Program-made: the position numbers and the translations under genes
Shown: positions 22,118 through 34,585 of the stretch, in pieces
Layout: each line of letters starts with the position of its first letter
How positions within the stretch are numbered: the first letter of the stretch is position 1
Assembly (NCBI GenBank): GCA_026985095.1
Contig: JALSQW010000018.1
Location: 23,989-87,988 of the forward strand
Length of the DNA stretch: 64,000 nt
Source: Acidimicrobiia bacterium
GTDB lineage: Bacteria > Actinomycetota > Acidimicrobiia > Spongiisociales > UBA5794
Direction of reading: 5' to 3'
Notes under the pieces: generated by a model
Databases searched by the model: none
The model's input: only the letters and a program-made list of their open reading frames with translations
What the model was told of the DNA's origin: nothing

Positions 22118-23231
22118 TCAGGAGCCGCCGCTGCGGCTCCTCCGCCACTGCAGGTACGAATCGATGAGCGGATCGAGATCGCCGTCCAGGACGCCATTGA
22201 CGTTCCCGATCTCCAGGCCCGTACGCAGGTCCTTCACCATCTGGTAGGGCTGGAGGACGTAGGAGCGGATCTGACGACCCCACGCCGCCTCGGTCTGCTC
22301 GCCTCGGATGGCGTCGATCTCCTGCTGCTGCTCCTGGCGCTTCAGCTCGGCGAGGCGGGCGGCGAGGATCTGCATGGCTCGGGCCCGGTTCTGGATCTGG
22401 GATCGTTCCGCCTGGCAGGACACCACGACCCCGGTCGGCTCGTGGGTGATCCGGACCGCCGAGTCGGTGACGTTGACGTGCTGACCTCCGGCGCCCTGGG
22501 ACCGGAACGTCTCGATCCTCAGATCGTCGGGATTGATGTCCACCTCCTCGACCTCCACCTCGGGAACGACGTCGACGGCGGCGAACGACGTGTGCCGCCG
22601 GGCGTTGGCGTCGAAGGGACTGATCCTCACCAGACGGTGGACGCCGCGTTCCCCCTCGAAGGTCCCGTAGGCGAAGGGCCCCTTGATGGTGATGGTCGCC
22701 GACTTGATGCCGGCCTCGTCACCGGGCTGGTACTCGTCGACCTCGTAGCCGAACCCTGACCGTTCCAGGTAGCGGGTGTACATGCGGAACAGCATGTCGG
22801 CCCAGTCCTGGGCATCGACGCCTCCGGCGCCCGCGTGGATCGTCATGATGGCGGGACGGTCGTCGTAGGCACCGAAGAACAGCGTCTCGCGCTCGAGCTT
22901 GGCCAGGTCCTCCTCGACGCCGGCGAGCTCGGCCTCCACCTCCGCCAAGGTGGCCGCGTCGGACTCCTCGACGCCCATCTCGATGAGCACCTCGGCATCG
23001 TCGAGGCGAGCGGCGAGGTCATCCACGTGCTGGATGGTCTGTTCGTGGCGCGACAGCTTGCTGGTGACGGCCCGGGCCCGCTCCTGGTCGTTCCACAGGT
23101 CCGGTTCCGAGGCCTGTGCCCTCAGCTCCTCGAGCTCGGCGCGTTTGCCTTCGATGTCAAAGGAACCTCCGGGCGTCGTCGAGGCGCGAACGGAGTTCAC
23201 TGAGCTTGGCACGCAGGTCTGAAGGTTCCAT
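22118..23231 (-). CDS. prfB: Peptide chain release factor 2 (+1 programmed frameshift at 23156-23162)
   Basis: MEPSDLRAKLSELRSRLDDARRFL, then CTT-TGA-C with an internal GGAGG 3 nt upstream; the +1 frame carries the SPF and GGQ motifs. Confidence 0.97.
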
Positions 23232-23264
23232 ATCGACCAGGGTAGCGGGGCGACCGACGGGCCC

Positions 23265-25925
<2,661 letters not shown>

Positions 25926-25981
25926 CGCGAGGAGATACTACGACCGCAGGGGCGGTTTCCGAACACCCTCGTCGGGGGCGG

Positions 25982-27328
25982 TCATACCGCGACGTCCTCG
26001 GCGATGTGTTCGAGGAGGGCGGCCGGGTCGACCCCGACATCCTCGGGGAGGACCTGCTCGGCGATCCGCTCGACCGGGACGAGGAGGGGCTCGGGCGCGG
26101 ACAGGTGGGTGCCGCCGCGGTCGACGACGATCATCGAGGGGAGGGGTGATCCCGGCTCGTCGACCTTGGCGACGACCACGGCGATCGCTCCGTCGACGGT
26201 CCGCAGGATCGATCCCGGTGGGTAGATGCCCATCATCCGGATGAACGAACGTACCAGGTCGGGGTCCCATGCGCTCCCGGCGCCGCCGAGGAGGATCTGC
26301 AGGGCCCGTGACGGGCTCTCGGCCCGCCGGTACGAGCGCCGGGAGGTGATGGCGTCGTAGGTGTCCACGACCTGGACGAGACGGCTGTAGACATGCGGGA
26401 CGCCGCTCCGGCTGACCCCCGGGTAGCCGGTGCCATCGAAGCGGGCGTGATGCTCGAAGGCGACGTTGGCGGCGATCTCCGATCCGGGCCCTCCGGCGGC
26501 GAGGATGGCGAGCGCACCTTCCTGGGGATGGACGGTGATCTCCTTCCATTGCTCGTCCGACAGCCGGCCGGGATAGTTGAGCGTCGACGGGGAGACGGCG
26601 ACCTTGCCGATGTCGTGGAGGACGGCGCCGACGCCGGCGGGTACGAGGATGTCACGATCGACACCGACCATCTGGCCGACGGCGAGCGACAGGATGCACA
26701 CGTTGACCGAATGGAAGAAGGTGTACTCGTCGTGCGACTTGACGGTCGACAGCAACAGCGCCGCCCCCGGATGGGCCAGGGCGTGCTCGAAGAGGCCTTC
26801 GACGGCGTCGACGACCGTGCCGAGCTCGAAGCTGCCACGGGCGACGATGGAGGACGAAGCGAGCCGTACGGCGTCGAGCGTCGATCCGTAGGAGGCGCGA
26901 AGCCGGGAGGCGGGGGTCGGTTCGAGCTCGGGGTCGGTGGTCATCGGCTCGTTGAGCAGGATCGTGCCATCGGCCGGCAGGTCGTCCGATGCGCCGCCGA
27001 CGAAGGCGGCCAGGTCGAACAGGTCGGCTCTGGAGATGGGCCGAACCATCGTGATCGAGTCGACACCCCTGATCTGCATCTCCTGGAGGAGACCCCGGTA
27101 CTCCAGCGACGCGTGGGGGACGACGACGCGGTTCCGGAAGAACGCCTCCTGGTGGATGGTGAGGGCGACCTCACCGTCGTCGCCGAGGAACTCGTCGGCT
27201 GCCTGGGCCACGAGCTCGACGGCTTCCTCGGTAGCCGGGTGACCCTCGGGATAGAGGCCGACCTGCCGGGCGAGTCGGCGCAGGGCATTGAGGAACCCGG
27301 CCACGTGACGTTCGGCGACGTTGCTCAT
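25982..27328 (-). CDS. HD-GYP domain phosphodiesterase
   Basis: HDEYTFFHS, LHDIGK, HP, HHARFDGTGYP and DTYDAITSRRSY. Confidence 0.92.
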   Translation of the reverse strand: MSNVAERHVAGFLNALRRLARQVGLYPEGHPATEEAVELVAQAADEFLGDDGEVALTIHQEAFFRNRVVVPHASLEYRGLLQEMQIRGVDSITMVRPISRADLFDLAAFVGGASDDLPADGTILLNEPMTTDPELEPTPASRLRASYGSTLDAVRLASSSIVARGSFELGTVVDAVEGLFEHALAHPGAALLLSTVKSHDEYTFFHSVNVCILSLAVGQMVGVDRDILVPAGVGAVLHDIGKVAVSPSTLNYPGRLSDEQWKEITVHPQEGALAILAAGGPGSEIAANVAFEHHARFDGTGYPGVSRSGVPHVYSRLVQVVDTYDAITSRRSYRRAESPSRALQILLGGAGSAWDPDLVRSFIRMMGIYPPGSILRTVDGAIAVVVAKVDEPGSPLPSMIVVDRGGTHLSAPEPLLVPVERIAEQVLPEDVGVDPAALLEHIAEDVAV

Positions 27329-29307
27329 GGGACGCGCCGCGCTCTGGCCGCTCGAGCGGCGTTGCGGAGGGTGCGGCGACGGCTCCCGAACACGAACCGC
27401 CGGGAGGCCAGCTCGTCGATGACCGCGATCGCCATCGGATCGGCCCGGTCTCCGAGGATCGCGATGGCGGCCAGGGCGGCATCGACCGGGAGCCGGTCGG
27501 CCCGCAGCTCGGCGGCCACGAGCCGTTCGACGTCATCGAGCTCGGTGCCCTTGATCAGGGCGACGGCGGTGGTTCGGACCCGTTCGTGGTCATCGCCGAG
27601 GGCGCGAGCGACGAACGGGGCGGCGTCGGACTTGGCGAGCTTCACCATCGCCCGCAGCGCTTCCATACGGACCCGATGGTCGCTGTGATCCAGGACGACG
27701 CGAACACCGTGGATGGCGTCGCGGTTGGCGGTGCCGCCGAGGGCGGTGACGAGGTTGCGCACGAGGTACCAGCGGGGATCGGACAGGTACGGTTCGAGTT
27801 CGTCGGGCCGATGGCGAGCAGCCACGGCGAGAAGGTCGACCAGGGCGCGGCGCTTCGCGGCATCTTCTTCTTCGGCGAGACGGTGGACGAGCTGGTCGAC
27901 GGCGATGCGGCCGATCCGGTCCAGGATGACGGCGACGTGTTCCTCCTCGCCTTCCTCGTGACGAGAGAGGCGCCGGAACAGGTCGGCGGTCGTCATCCGC
28001 TCGAGCGCCTTGGCGATGGCTTCCTCCCGGCCCGGCGGGTAGGGCGGATCGTCGAGAACGCCCGCCAGGAGGCCGGCGGCGGCGGCGAGATCGCCGCTAC
28101 GGACGTGACGCGTCACACGGCCGGTCCACACACGGGCGGCGCGCTGGAATCGATCGTGGCGCTCCTCGCATTCGAGGAGTCCCCTGATGATGATCCGTTC
28201 GAGGGCGAGGGGGTCGACTGCTGCTTCCATCTCGGTACGGATCGCGGCGAGATCTTCGACGACGGCGCCATGTTTGGCGGCCGCCACGACGGAGGAGACG
28301 CGATCGGCGACGGACTTGCGGGACGCTTCCACTTCGACGGCGGAGTTGAGGCCGGCGAGGAGGTCGAGAGGGTGTCCCGATCCTTCGGACGAGGCTTCGA
28401 CGGCGTAGGCCAGAAGCCGTTCGGTGCCGGCATCGGAGAGGTCTCCCATCAGGTCCATGAGGTCGTGGCCGGAGAACTGATCGAGGAACATCTGGTGGTC
28501 CGGCCGCTCCATCTCGGCGAGGACCCGTTCGATGACCTCCACCTGCAGCCACCGTGGGAGCTGGAAGAACGACTCGATGAAGGTCCGGACGGTGCGGTAG
28601 GGATCGTCGGCGGGGATCCGGATGCCCGACAACAAGGTGCCGCTGGGATCGCCGAGGATCCGGTCGATCTGTTCACCGAGCTCGTGGAAGGCATCGACGT
28701 AGTCGGCGGCCCGGGCCTCGTCGGGTTCGGCGTCGTCCTCGATGACGGCGGCGGCGATCTCGCGGGGCTCGGCACCGTGCATGGCGATGGCGGCCAGGGG
28801 CGACAGCATGTCGAGATCGGCCATGGTGTCGACGTCTTCGTCGTCGTGGCGATGACCTTCGCCGGCGACCAGGTTCAGGAGGCCGCGTTGTTTGACCCTG
28901 ATGCCGGCCGACGGGGAACCGACGAGGGAGGCGGCGATGCCCCCCTCTGCTTCGACGGTGTCCTCGTCCCTGGCGATGACCGTGAAGAAGGCGGCGAGGC
29001 CCTGGGGTACGGCTTCGCCGACGAACTCGATCCATTCGACGTCGTGGACGAACAGCTGTTTGGCGAGCTTCTCCACACCGTCGCGTTCTGGTTGCACCTC
29101 GACGCCTTGGACGATGAACAGTCCGGGGCCGACCCCCACCGGGGGCAGGCTTCCGGCGTGGGCGGTGAGGAGGTCGACAGCACGCAGGAACGGCGGTTGG
29201 GCGGTCGGATCGGGGTAGAGCTGGTGGGTGAGCCAGGCCGCACCGAGACCGTTGAGCACGTCGAGCGTCTCGGCGTCGACACGGTCGATGGCGGCGGGCT
29301 GGCTCAT
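27325..29307 (-). CDS. HEAT-repeat protein
   Basis: C-terminal repeats DPRWYLVRN, DHRVRMEA and DHERVRTTA; overlaps the HD-GYP start by 4 nt. Confidence 0.85.
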   Translation of the reverse strand: MSQPAAIDRVDAETLDVLNGLGAAWLTHQLYPDPTAQPPFLRAVDLLTAHAGSLPPVGVGPGLFIVQGVEVQPERDGVEKLAKQLFVHDVEWIEFVGEAVPQGLAAFFTVIARDEDTVEAEGGIAASLVGSPSAGIRVKQRGLLNLVAGEGHRHDDEDVDTMADLDMLSPLAAIAMHGAEPREIAAAVIEDDAEPDEARAADYVDAFHELGEQIDRILGDPSGTLLSGIRIPADDPYRTVRTFIESFFQLPRWLQVEVIERVLAEMERPDHQMFLDQFSGHDLMDLMGDLSDAGTERLLAYAVEASSEGSGHPLDLLAGLNSAVEVEASRKSVADRVSSVVAAAKHGAVVEDLAAIRTEMEAAVDPLALERIIIRGLLECEERHDRFQRAARVWTGRVTRHVRSGDLAAAAGLLAGVLDDPPYPPGREEAIAKALERMTTADLFRRLSRHEEGEEEHVAVILDRIGRIAVDQLVHRLAEEEDAAKRRALVDLLAVAARHRPDELEPYLSDPRWYLVRNLVTALGGTANRDAIHGVRVVLDHSDHRVRMEALRAMVKLAKSDAAPFVARALGDDHERVRTTAVALIKGTELDDVERLVAAELRADRLPVDAALAAIAILGDRADPMAIAVIDELASRRFVFGSRRRTLRNAARAARARRVP

Positions 29308-29308
29308 G

Positions 29309-29959
29309 TCATCCGAGGGAGATGAGGTTCTCGCGGACCGCGTACAAGACGGCTTCGTTGCGCGAGTGCAGGCCGAGCTTGTCGAGGATGTTCCGGATGT
29401 GGTTCTTGACCGTGTTCTCGCTGATGAACAAGAGCTCGCCGATCGCCCTGCTGGTGTGACCCTTGGCGACCATCTCGAGGACCTCGATCTCGCGGCCGGT
29501 CAGGGTGGGCCTGCGGCTCTGGAGGAGCTCCTGGTGGCGCAGGAGGTGACGGCCGACGTCGAAGAGCTTGCCGGCCATCTGGGGGGAGATCGCCGCTCCG
29601 CCGGCGGCGATGGCCTCGATCGAGTCGACGAGCTGGGGGAAGGGCATGTCCTTGACGAGGTAGCCGCGAGCACCGGCCTTGATGGCGGCGAGGAGGTCCT
29701 CTTCGGATTCGCTGCCGGTGAGCAACACGACCGAGGCGTCCGGAGCCACCGCGGTGATCTTCTCGACCACGTCGAGACCCGACAGGCCCGGCATGAGCAC
29801 GTCGAGGAGGACCACGTCGGGTTGGAGGCTCTCGGCCAGACCGACCGCGCCTTCGGCGTCGGCGGCTTCGCCAACGACGTCGAAGCCCGCTTCCTTGAGT
29901 GCGGAGGTGAGCCCGGCACGGAAGAGCGGCACATCGTCGACTACCAGCAGCCTCTTCAT
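29309..29959 (-). CDS. NarL/LuxR-family response regulator
   Basis: VVDD, LLDV (phospho-Asp), GYLVK and LTGREIEVL...ISENTVKNH HTH. Confidence 0.95.
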   Translation of the reverse strand: MKRLLVVDDVPLFRAGLTSALKEAGFDVVGEAADAEGAVGLAESLQPDVVLLDVLMPGLSGLDVVEKITAVAPDASVVLLTGSESEEDLLAAIKAGARGYLVKDMPFPQLVDSIEAIAAGGAAISPQMAGKLFDVGRHLLRHQELLQSRRPTLTGREIEVLEMVAKGHTSRAIGELLFISENTVKNHIRNILDKLGLHSRNEAVLYAVRENLISLG

Positions 29960-29960
29960 C

Positions 29961-30518
29961 TCACTCCGGTTCGATCAGTCCCAGGTTCCCGTCTCTGCGG
30001 TGGTAGAGCACGGCGTACCTACCGGTCTCGCCGTCGAGGAAGAAGAAGAAGTCGTGTCCGAGCATCTCCATCTGCAGTACGGCCTCCTCCACCGTCATCG
30101 GCTTCATCGCGAACCGCTTCTCGCGGACGATCGCGTTCGTCCGATCCGGTTCTTCTTCGTCCTGTTCCGGAGCGGCATTGAGTGCTTTGTTGTCGTGGTT
30201 GCCGCGAGCGCGCCGTCGATCGACGAGGCGTTCCTTGAGCCTGCGGAGCTGCCGTTCGTAGCGGTCGGAGGCGGTCTCGAACGCGGTGCGGGCGTCGAAG
30301 GCGGCGGACTCGACGCGCACGACGTGGCCGGCGACGACACTGGTGATCTCGACCTCGTATCGACCGTCGGATTGACGCGGGTTGGTGTGCTCGGTGAACT
30401 CGACGTCGACGTCGCCGTCACCGTCGAGGATCCGCGATGCGCGCTCGATCTTGTCTTCGACGAGGCGCTTCAGCTCGTCCTCGAGGTGCATGTTCCGACC
30501 GTGGATTCGAACGCTCAC
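29961..30518 (-). CDS. hpf: Ribosome hibernation promoting factor (long HPF/RaiA)
   Basis: RQLRRLKER and PMTVEEAVLQMEMLGHDFFFF...YHRRDG C-terminal domain; AAAGGAG RBS. Confidence 0.95.
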   Translation of the reverse strand: MSVRIHGRNMHLEDELKRLVEDKIERASRILDGDGDVDVEFTEHTNPRQSDGRYEVEITSVVAGHVVRVESAAFDARTAFETASDRYERQLRRLKERLVDRRRARGNHDNKALNAAPEQDEEEPDRTNAIVREKRFAMKPMTVEEAVLQMEMLGHDFFFFLDGETGRYAVLYHRRDGNLGLIEPE

Positions 30519-30540
30519 GCGTTGCTCCTTTCATAGACGA

Positions 30541-30566
30541 CTGCGCCCGCGGCTCCGCGGGCGCAG
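30541..30566. promoter_or_regulatory. GC-rich hairpin in the comF-hpf intergenic region
   Basis: CTGCGCCCGCGG/CCGCGGGCGCAG inverted repeat a short distance upstream of the hpf RBS. Confidence 0.4.
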
Positions 30567-30596
30567 TGACACCTGCTACGTCGCATGCGGGGATGC

Positions 30597-31157
30597 TCAG
30601 CGATGGTGATGCACCTCCGGCGATGTGTCGGCTTCTCCTCGAATGGTACCCCCGCTGGTGGCGGTGATCCCATGGGCCGGAAGACCCGACAGGGCGAGGG
30701 ACGCGGCCCGAAGGGTGGCGCCGGAGGTGACCACGTCGTCGACGAGCACGATCCCCGGCCCGAGGAGATCCGTTGCGGCTCGGAATCGGGCGGCGGAGCG
30801 CAGCGAACCCTGGCGGCCGGCGTGGCGGGGCCACCAGATGCCGGGAAGCAGCAGGGCGAGCGCGGGGAGATCGACATGACGGCCGACCCGGTGGGCGAGC
30901 TCGGCGGCGGGGTCGATGCCGTACCGGAGGCGGCGTCCCAGCGCGCGGGGGACGGGCACGAGGGCGGCAGCGTCGCGGGGAACGAGGGGGGCCATGGCGA
31001 CGGCGAGGGCGTCGGCGGCGGCGAGGTTGCGACGGTACTTGAGCTCGTGGACCATGTGACGGGCGGCGGCCTCGTGGGCGTATGCGGCGCGGACGACGAG
31101 TCCCCCGCCGAGATGCCGTTCGCCGCCCGGGCGAGCGTCCGGAAGCGGGTGGTGCAT
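30597..31157 (-). CDS. ComF-family phosphoribosyltransferase-like protein (short)
   Basis: HELKY, LVPVP and VLVDDVVTSGATL PRPP-binding motif; conserved comF-hpf order. Confidence 0.8.
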   Translation of the reverse strand: MHHPLPDARPGGERHLGGGLVVRAAYAHEAAARHMVHELKYRRNLAAADALAVAMAPLVPRDAAALVPVPRALGRRLRYGIDPAAELAHRVGRHVDLPALALLLPGIWWPRHAGRQGSLRSAARFRAATDLLGPGIVLVDDVVTSGATLRAASLALSGLPAHGITATSGGTIRGEADTSPEVHHHR

Positions 31158-31293
31158 CGACGAACCGTACCGCGCCGAGTGGACCGGTACTAGTACGCGA
31201 TGCGGAGCACGAAATGACCACTCGTTGTAGCAACGCACCCACACCGGGTGTCGTATGGTGGGGACGGGCAGCGAACGGGCGAACAGGGGGCGT

Positions 31294-33153
31294 ATGGGCA
31301 TCGACGTGTCCGCGACGAGGGAACGACAGCGACGGGCGCGGTTGGGTCGGCTGGTCGTCATCCTGACCCCGGTCGCGGCGTGGCTCTGGTACCGCATCGC
31401 CATCGGCGATCCCGTCTCTCCCGGATGGCCGACGCTGCCTGCCGACGCGGTGTTCTGGCTCCCAGGGATCCTGCTCATCGCCATGCTCGGCTTGGTCCTC
31501 GTGCTCCCGATGGTGGGCAACGGGCGATCGCCGCACACGATCTTCCTGCCCGAGCAGCTCGAGTTCGGGTTCGAAGGCGTCAAGGGCATGGCCAACACCA
31601 CCGCCGAGGTGCGCAGGACGTTGGAGGTGTTCTTGAACCACGAGAGGTTCCGCACCGAACTGGGCGGAACCCCGAGACGGGGCGTGCTGTTCGAAGGACC
31701 GCCGGGGACGGGCAAGACGCACATGGCCAAGGCGATGGCCAAGGAAGCAGGCGTGCCGTTCCTGTACGTATCGTCGACGGCGTTCCAATCGATGTGGTAC
31801 GGAGCGACGGCACGGAAGATCCGCACCTACTTCCGGGATCTGCGCAAGGTGGCGAGACGGGAAGGCGGAGCGATCGGCTTCATCGAGGAGATCGATGCGA
31901 TCGGCACTCGCAGGGGCGGGTTGGGGTTCTCGGCCATGCCGAGCACCTCGATCTTCGGGGCTCTCCGGATCGAGCCGTCGGCCATCGCCCAGGGAACCGG
32001 CGGGGTCGTCAACGAGCTCCTCATCCAGATGCAGAGCTTCGACCAGCCGAGCCGGGTCGACCGGATGCGCAACGCCGTCATCCGCTACGTGAACCGCTAC
32101 CTGCCCGAGCATCGAACGATGAAGACCCGCCCGGCGGCCTTCGCCAACGTGCTGCTGATCGGCGCCACGAACCGTGCGGACTCCCTCGACCCGGCTCTGC
32201 TCAGGCCCGGTCGGTTCGACCGGATCCTCACGTTCGACCTCCCCTCGCGGGCGGATCGCCGCGAACTCATCGACCTGTTCCTCCAGCGACGGGCTCACGC
32301 GCCGGGGCTGGATGAGGACCCGGCCAGGGACGCGCTCGCGGCGACGACGATGGGATACACACCGGCGGCACTGGAACGGCTCTTCGATGAGGCTCTGCTG
32401 GTGGCGATGCGCGACGGACGTCACCGACTGGAAGCCGCCGATGTCCGTCAGGCCCAGATGGAAGTCGAGATCGGGTTGCCGTCCCCGGTGGAGTACACCG
32501 AGGAGGATCGCCGCCGGATCGCCACCCACGAGGCGGGGCACACGACGGTCGCCTACCTGTCGGGAACCCGGAGGCTCGAGGTCCTGTCGATCATCAAGCG
32601 CAAGGAGTCCTTGGGACTGCTGGCACATCGAGACGAAGAGGAGCGCTTCACCAGGACCGAGTCGGAGATGAAGGCCCTGCTCCAGATCGCCATGGGGGGG
32701 ATGGTGGCCGAGGAGGTGTTCTTCGGCGAAGCGGGCACCGGGCCGGCGGGCGATCTGGCTGCGGCGACACGCCTGGCCGCCGATATGGTCGGGTCGTTCG
32801 GACTGGGAGGAACGTTGATCTCGTTCCGGGCGCTCGATCCGGGGATCGCGGGCGGCAACCTCGTGGCCCGGGTGCTGGCCGATCCGACGGCCCGCAAGGT
32901 CGTCGACCGACTCCTCAAGGACGCCAAACACGAAGCGACGAGGCTCCTGGCCGACCACCGGCACCTGGTCGAGGCCCTCCGCGACGCGCTGCTCGATCGA
33001 GAGGAGCTGATGGAGCGTGACATCCTGGAGGTCCTGCGGGAAGCCGAGGCACGCCGGATCGCCAAGCAGGACAACGTGCTCGTCGATCTGCGGGAACGCC
33101 CGTCACCGTCACCGGACGACCGGATCCAGATCCTGCCGCTCGACGCTCCCTGA
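31294..33153 (+). CDS. FtsH-like membrane AAA+ zinc metalloprotease (paralog)
   Basis: Two TM segments, GPPGTGKT, FIEEID, ATNRADSLDPALLRPGRFDR, HEAGH and AGDL. Confidence 0.9.
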   Translation: MGIDVSATRERQRRARLGRLVVILTPVAAWLWYRIAIGDPVSPGWPTLPADAVFWLPGILLIAMLGLVLVLPMVGNGRSPHTIFLPEQLEFGFEGVKGMANTTAEVRRTLEVFLNHERFRTELGGTPRRGVLFEGPPGTGKTHMAKAMAKEAGVPFLYVSSTAFQSMWYGATARKIRTYFRDLRKVARREGGAIGFIEEIDAIGTRRGGLGFSAMPSTSIFGALRIEPSAIAQGTGGVVNELLIQMQSFDQPSRVDRMRNAVIRYVNRYLPEHRTMKTRPAAFANVLLIGATNRADSLDPALLRPGRFDRILTFDLPSRADRRELIDLFLQRRAHAPGLDEDPARDALAATTMGYTPAALERLFDEALLVAMRDGRHRLEAADVRQAQMEVEIGLPSPVEYTEEDRRRIATHEAGHTTVAYLSGTRRLEVLSIIKRKESLGLLAHRDEEERFTRTESEMKALLQIAMGGMVAEEVFFGEAGTGPAGDLAAATRLAADMVGSFGLGGTLISFRALDPGIAGGNLVARVLADPTARKVVDRLLKDAKHEATRLLADHRHLVEALRDALLDREELMERDILEVLREAEARRIAKQDNVLVDLRERPSPSPDDRIQILPLDAP

Positions 33154-33194
33154 CGGACCCGTCGAGCGACGGACCCGTCGAGCGCCCGTCGAGC
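33152..33194. repeat. Short tandem repeat GACGGACCCGTCGAGC x2 plus partial copy
   Basis: Exact 16-bp duplication followed by GCCCGTCGAGC, directly after the stop codon. Confidence 0.7.
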
Positions 33195-33239
33195 ACCCGC
33201 GATCACGTCTCCGAGGTCGCTCCTCGACCACGATCCCCC

Positions 33240-33324
33240 AACCCAGGGTTCGCCACACCCCTCCAGGGGGCTCACCAACCCAGGGTTCCCAATACCCCTC
33301 CAGGGGGTTCACCAACCCAGGGTT
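33240..33324. repeat. 37-bp-period double-palindrome array, copy 3
   Basis: AACCCAGGGTT at 33240, 33277 and 33314, alternating with CCCCTCCAGGGG; lies between convergent genes. Confidence 0.92.
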
Positions 33325-33337
33325 CGTCACGATGGGG

Positions 33338-34585
33338 TCAGGTGCCGAGTTCCCAGGACGACAGGTAGCGGCGCTGCTCGTCGGTGAGGGACTCGAGGCC
33401 GCCACCCATCGACGCCAGCTTGATCCGAGCGACCTCCTCGTCGAGCTCCCGCGGCAAGACGTACACGTCGGGATCGAGATCGGCGCCGTGGTCCACCAGC
33501 CATTCGGCAGCCAATGCCTGATCGGCGAACGACATGTCCATCACGTCGGCGGGATGACCCTCCGCCGCCCCCAGGTTCACCAGCCGACCTTCGGCCACCA
33601 CCAGGATGCGGCGTCCATCCGGCAGCGTGTACTCGTCGAGGTTCTCGCGCAGACGACGCTTCGCGTCGGCCATGGCATCGAGCGCCACGAGATCCAGCTC
33701 GACGTCGAAGTGTCCGGCGTTGGCCAGGATCGCCCCATCCTTCATCACCGCGAAGTGCTCGGCCCTGAAGACGTGGATGTCGCCGGTGGCGGTGATGAAC
33801 ACGTCACCGACCTCGGCCGCGTCCATCGACGTCATCACCCGGTACCCCTCCATCGCCGCCGACACGGCACGGATGGGGTCCACCTCGACCACCACGACGT
33901 GGGCACCCAAACCCGAGGCCCGGCGAGCGATCCCCCAGCCGCAGTCGCCGAATCCCCCGACGACGACGGTCCTGCCGGCGAACAGGATGTTCGTGGCCCG
34001 CAAGATGCCGTCCAGGGACGATTGGCCCGTCCCGTGCCGGTTGTCGAACAGGTGCTTGGTCGGAGAGTCGTTGACCGCCACCACCGGGAACCGCAACACG
34101 CCCTGGGCCGCCATCGCCCGGAGCCGGATCACCCCCGTGGTCGTCTCCTCCATCCCCCCGAGGATCGGCAGCTCCGAGCGCTCCTTGTGCAGGACCGTCG
34201 TCGTGTCCGCGCCATCGTCGAAGACCAGATCGGGACCGGTGTCCAAGATCGCATGGATATGCCGGTAGAACGTGTCGGCATCCTCGCCGCGGCGGGCGAA
34301 CACCGGGATGCCCATCTCCACCAGCGCAGCCGCCACGTCGTCCTGGGTCGACAACGGGTTCGAAGCTGCCAGCGCCACCGAGGCTCCTCCGGCCACCAAC
34401 GTCCGCATCAGGTTCGCCGTCTCCGACGTCACGTGCATGCACGCCGCGATCTGCTTGCCGTCCAACGGCCGCTGCGCGGCGAACCGCTGCCGGATCGTCG
34501 CCAGCACCGGCATGCGCCGTTCGGCCCATTCGATCCGGCGCTCACCTTCGGCGGCGAGGGCCGGATCGGCGATGTCGTGGTTCAT
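33338..34585 (-). CDS. ahcY: S-adenosylhomocysteine hydrolase
   Basis: ACMHVT, SNPLSTQD, DDGAD, EETTTG and GRLVNLGAAEGHP. Confidence 0.97.
   Translation of the reverse strand: MNHDIADPALAAEGERRIEWAERRMPVLATIRQRFAAQRPLDGKQIAACMHVTSETANLMRTLVAGGASVALAASNPLSTQDDVAAALVEMGIPVFARRGEDADTFYRHIHAILDTGPDLVFDDGADTTTVLHKERSELPILGGMEETTTGVIRLRAMAAQGVLRFPVVAVNDSPTKHLFDNRHGTGQSSLDGILRATNILFAGRTVVVGGFGDCGWGIARRASGLGAHVVVVEVDPIRAVSAAMEGYRVMTSMDAAEVGDVFITATGDIHVFRAEHFAVMKDGAILANAGHFDVELDLVALDAMADAKRRLRENLDEYTLPDGRRILVVAEGRLVNLGAAEGHPADVMDMSFADQALAAEWLVDHGADLDPDVYVLPRELDEEVARIKLASMGGGLESLTDEQRRYLSSWELGT

Noticed and set aside
30519..30596. raiA-motif RNA upstream of hpf
   Set aside because: The gap is under 80 bp with a single hairpin, too short for that ~200-nt motif.
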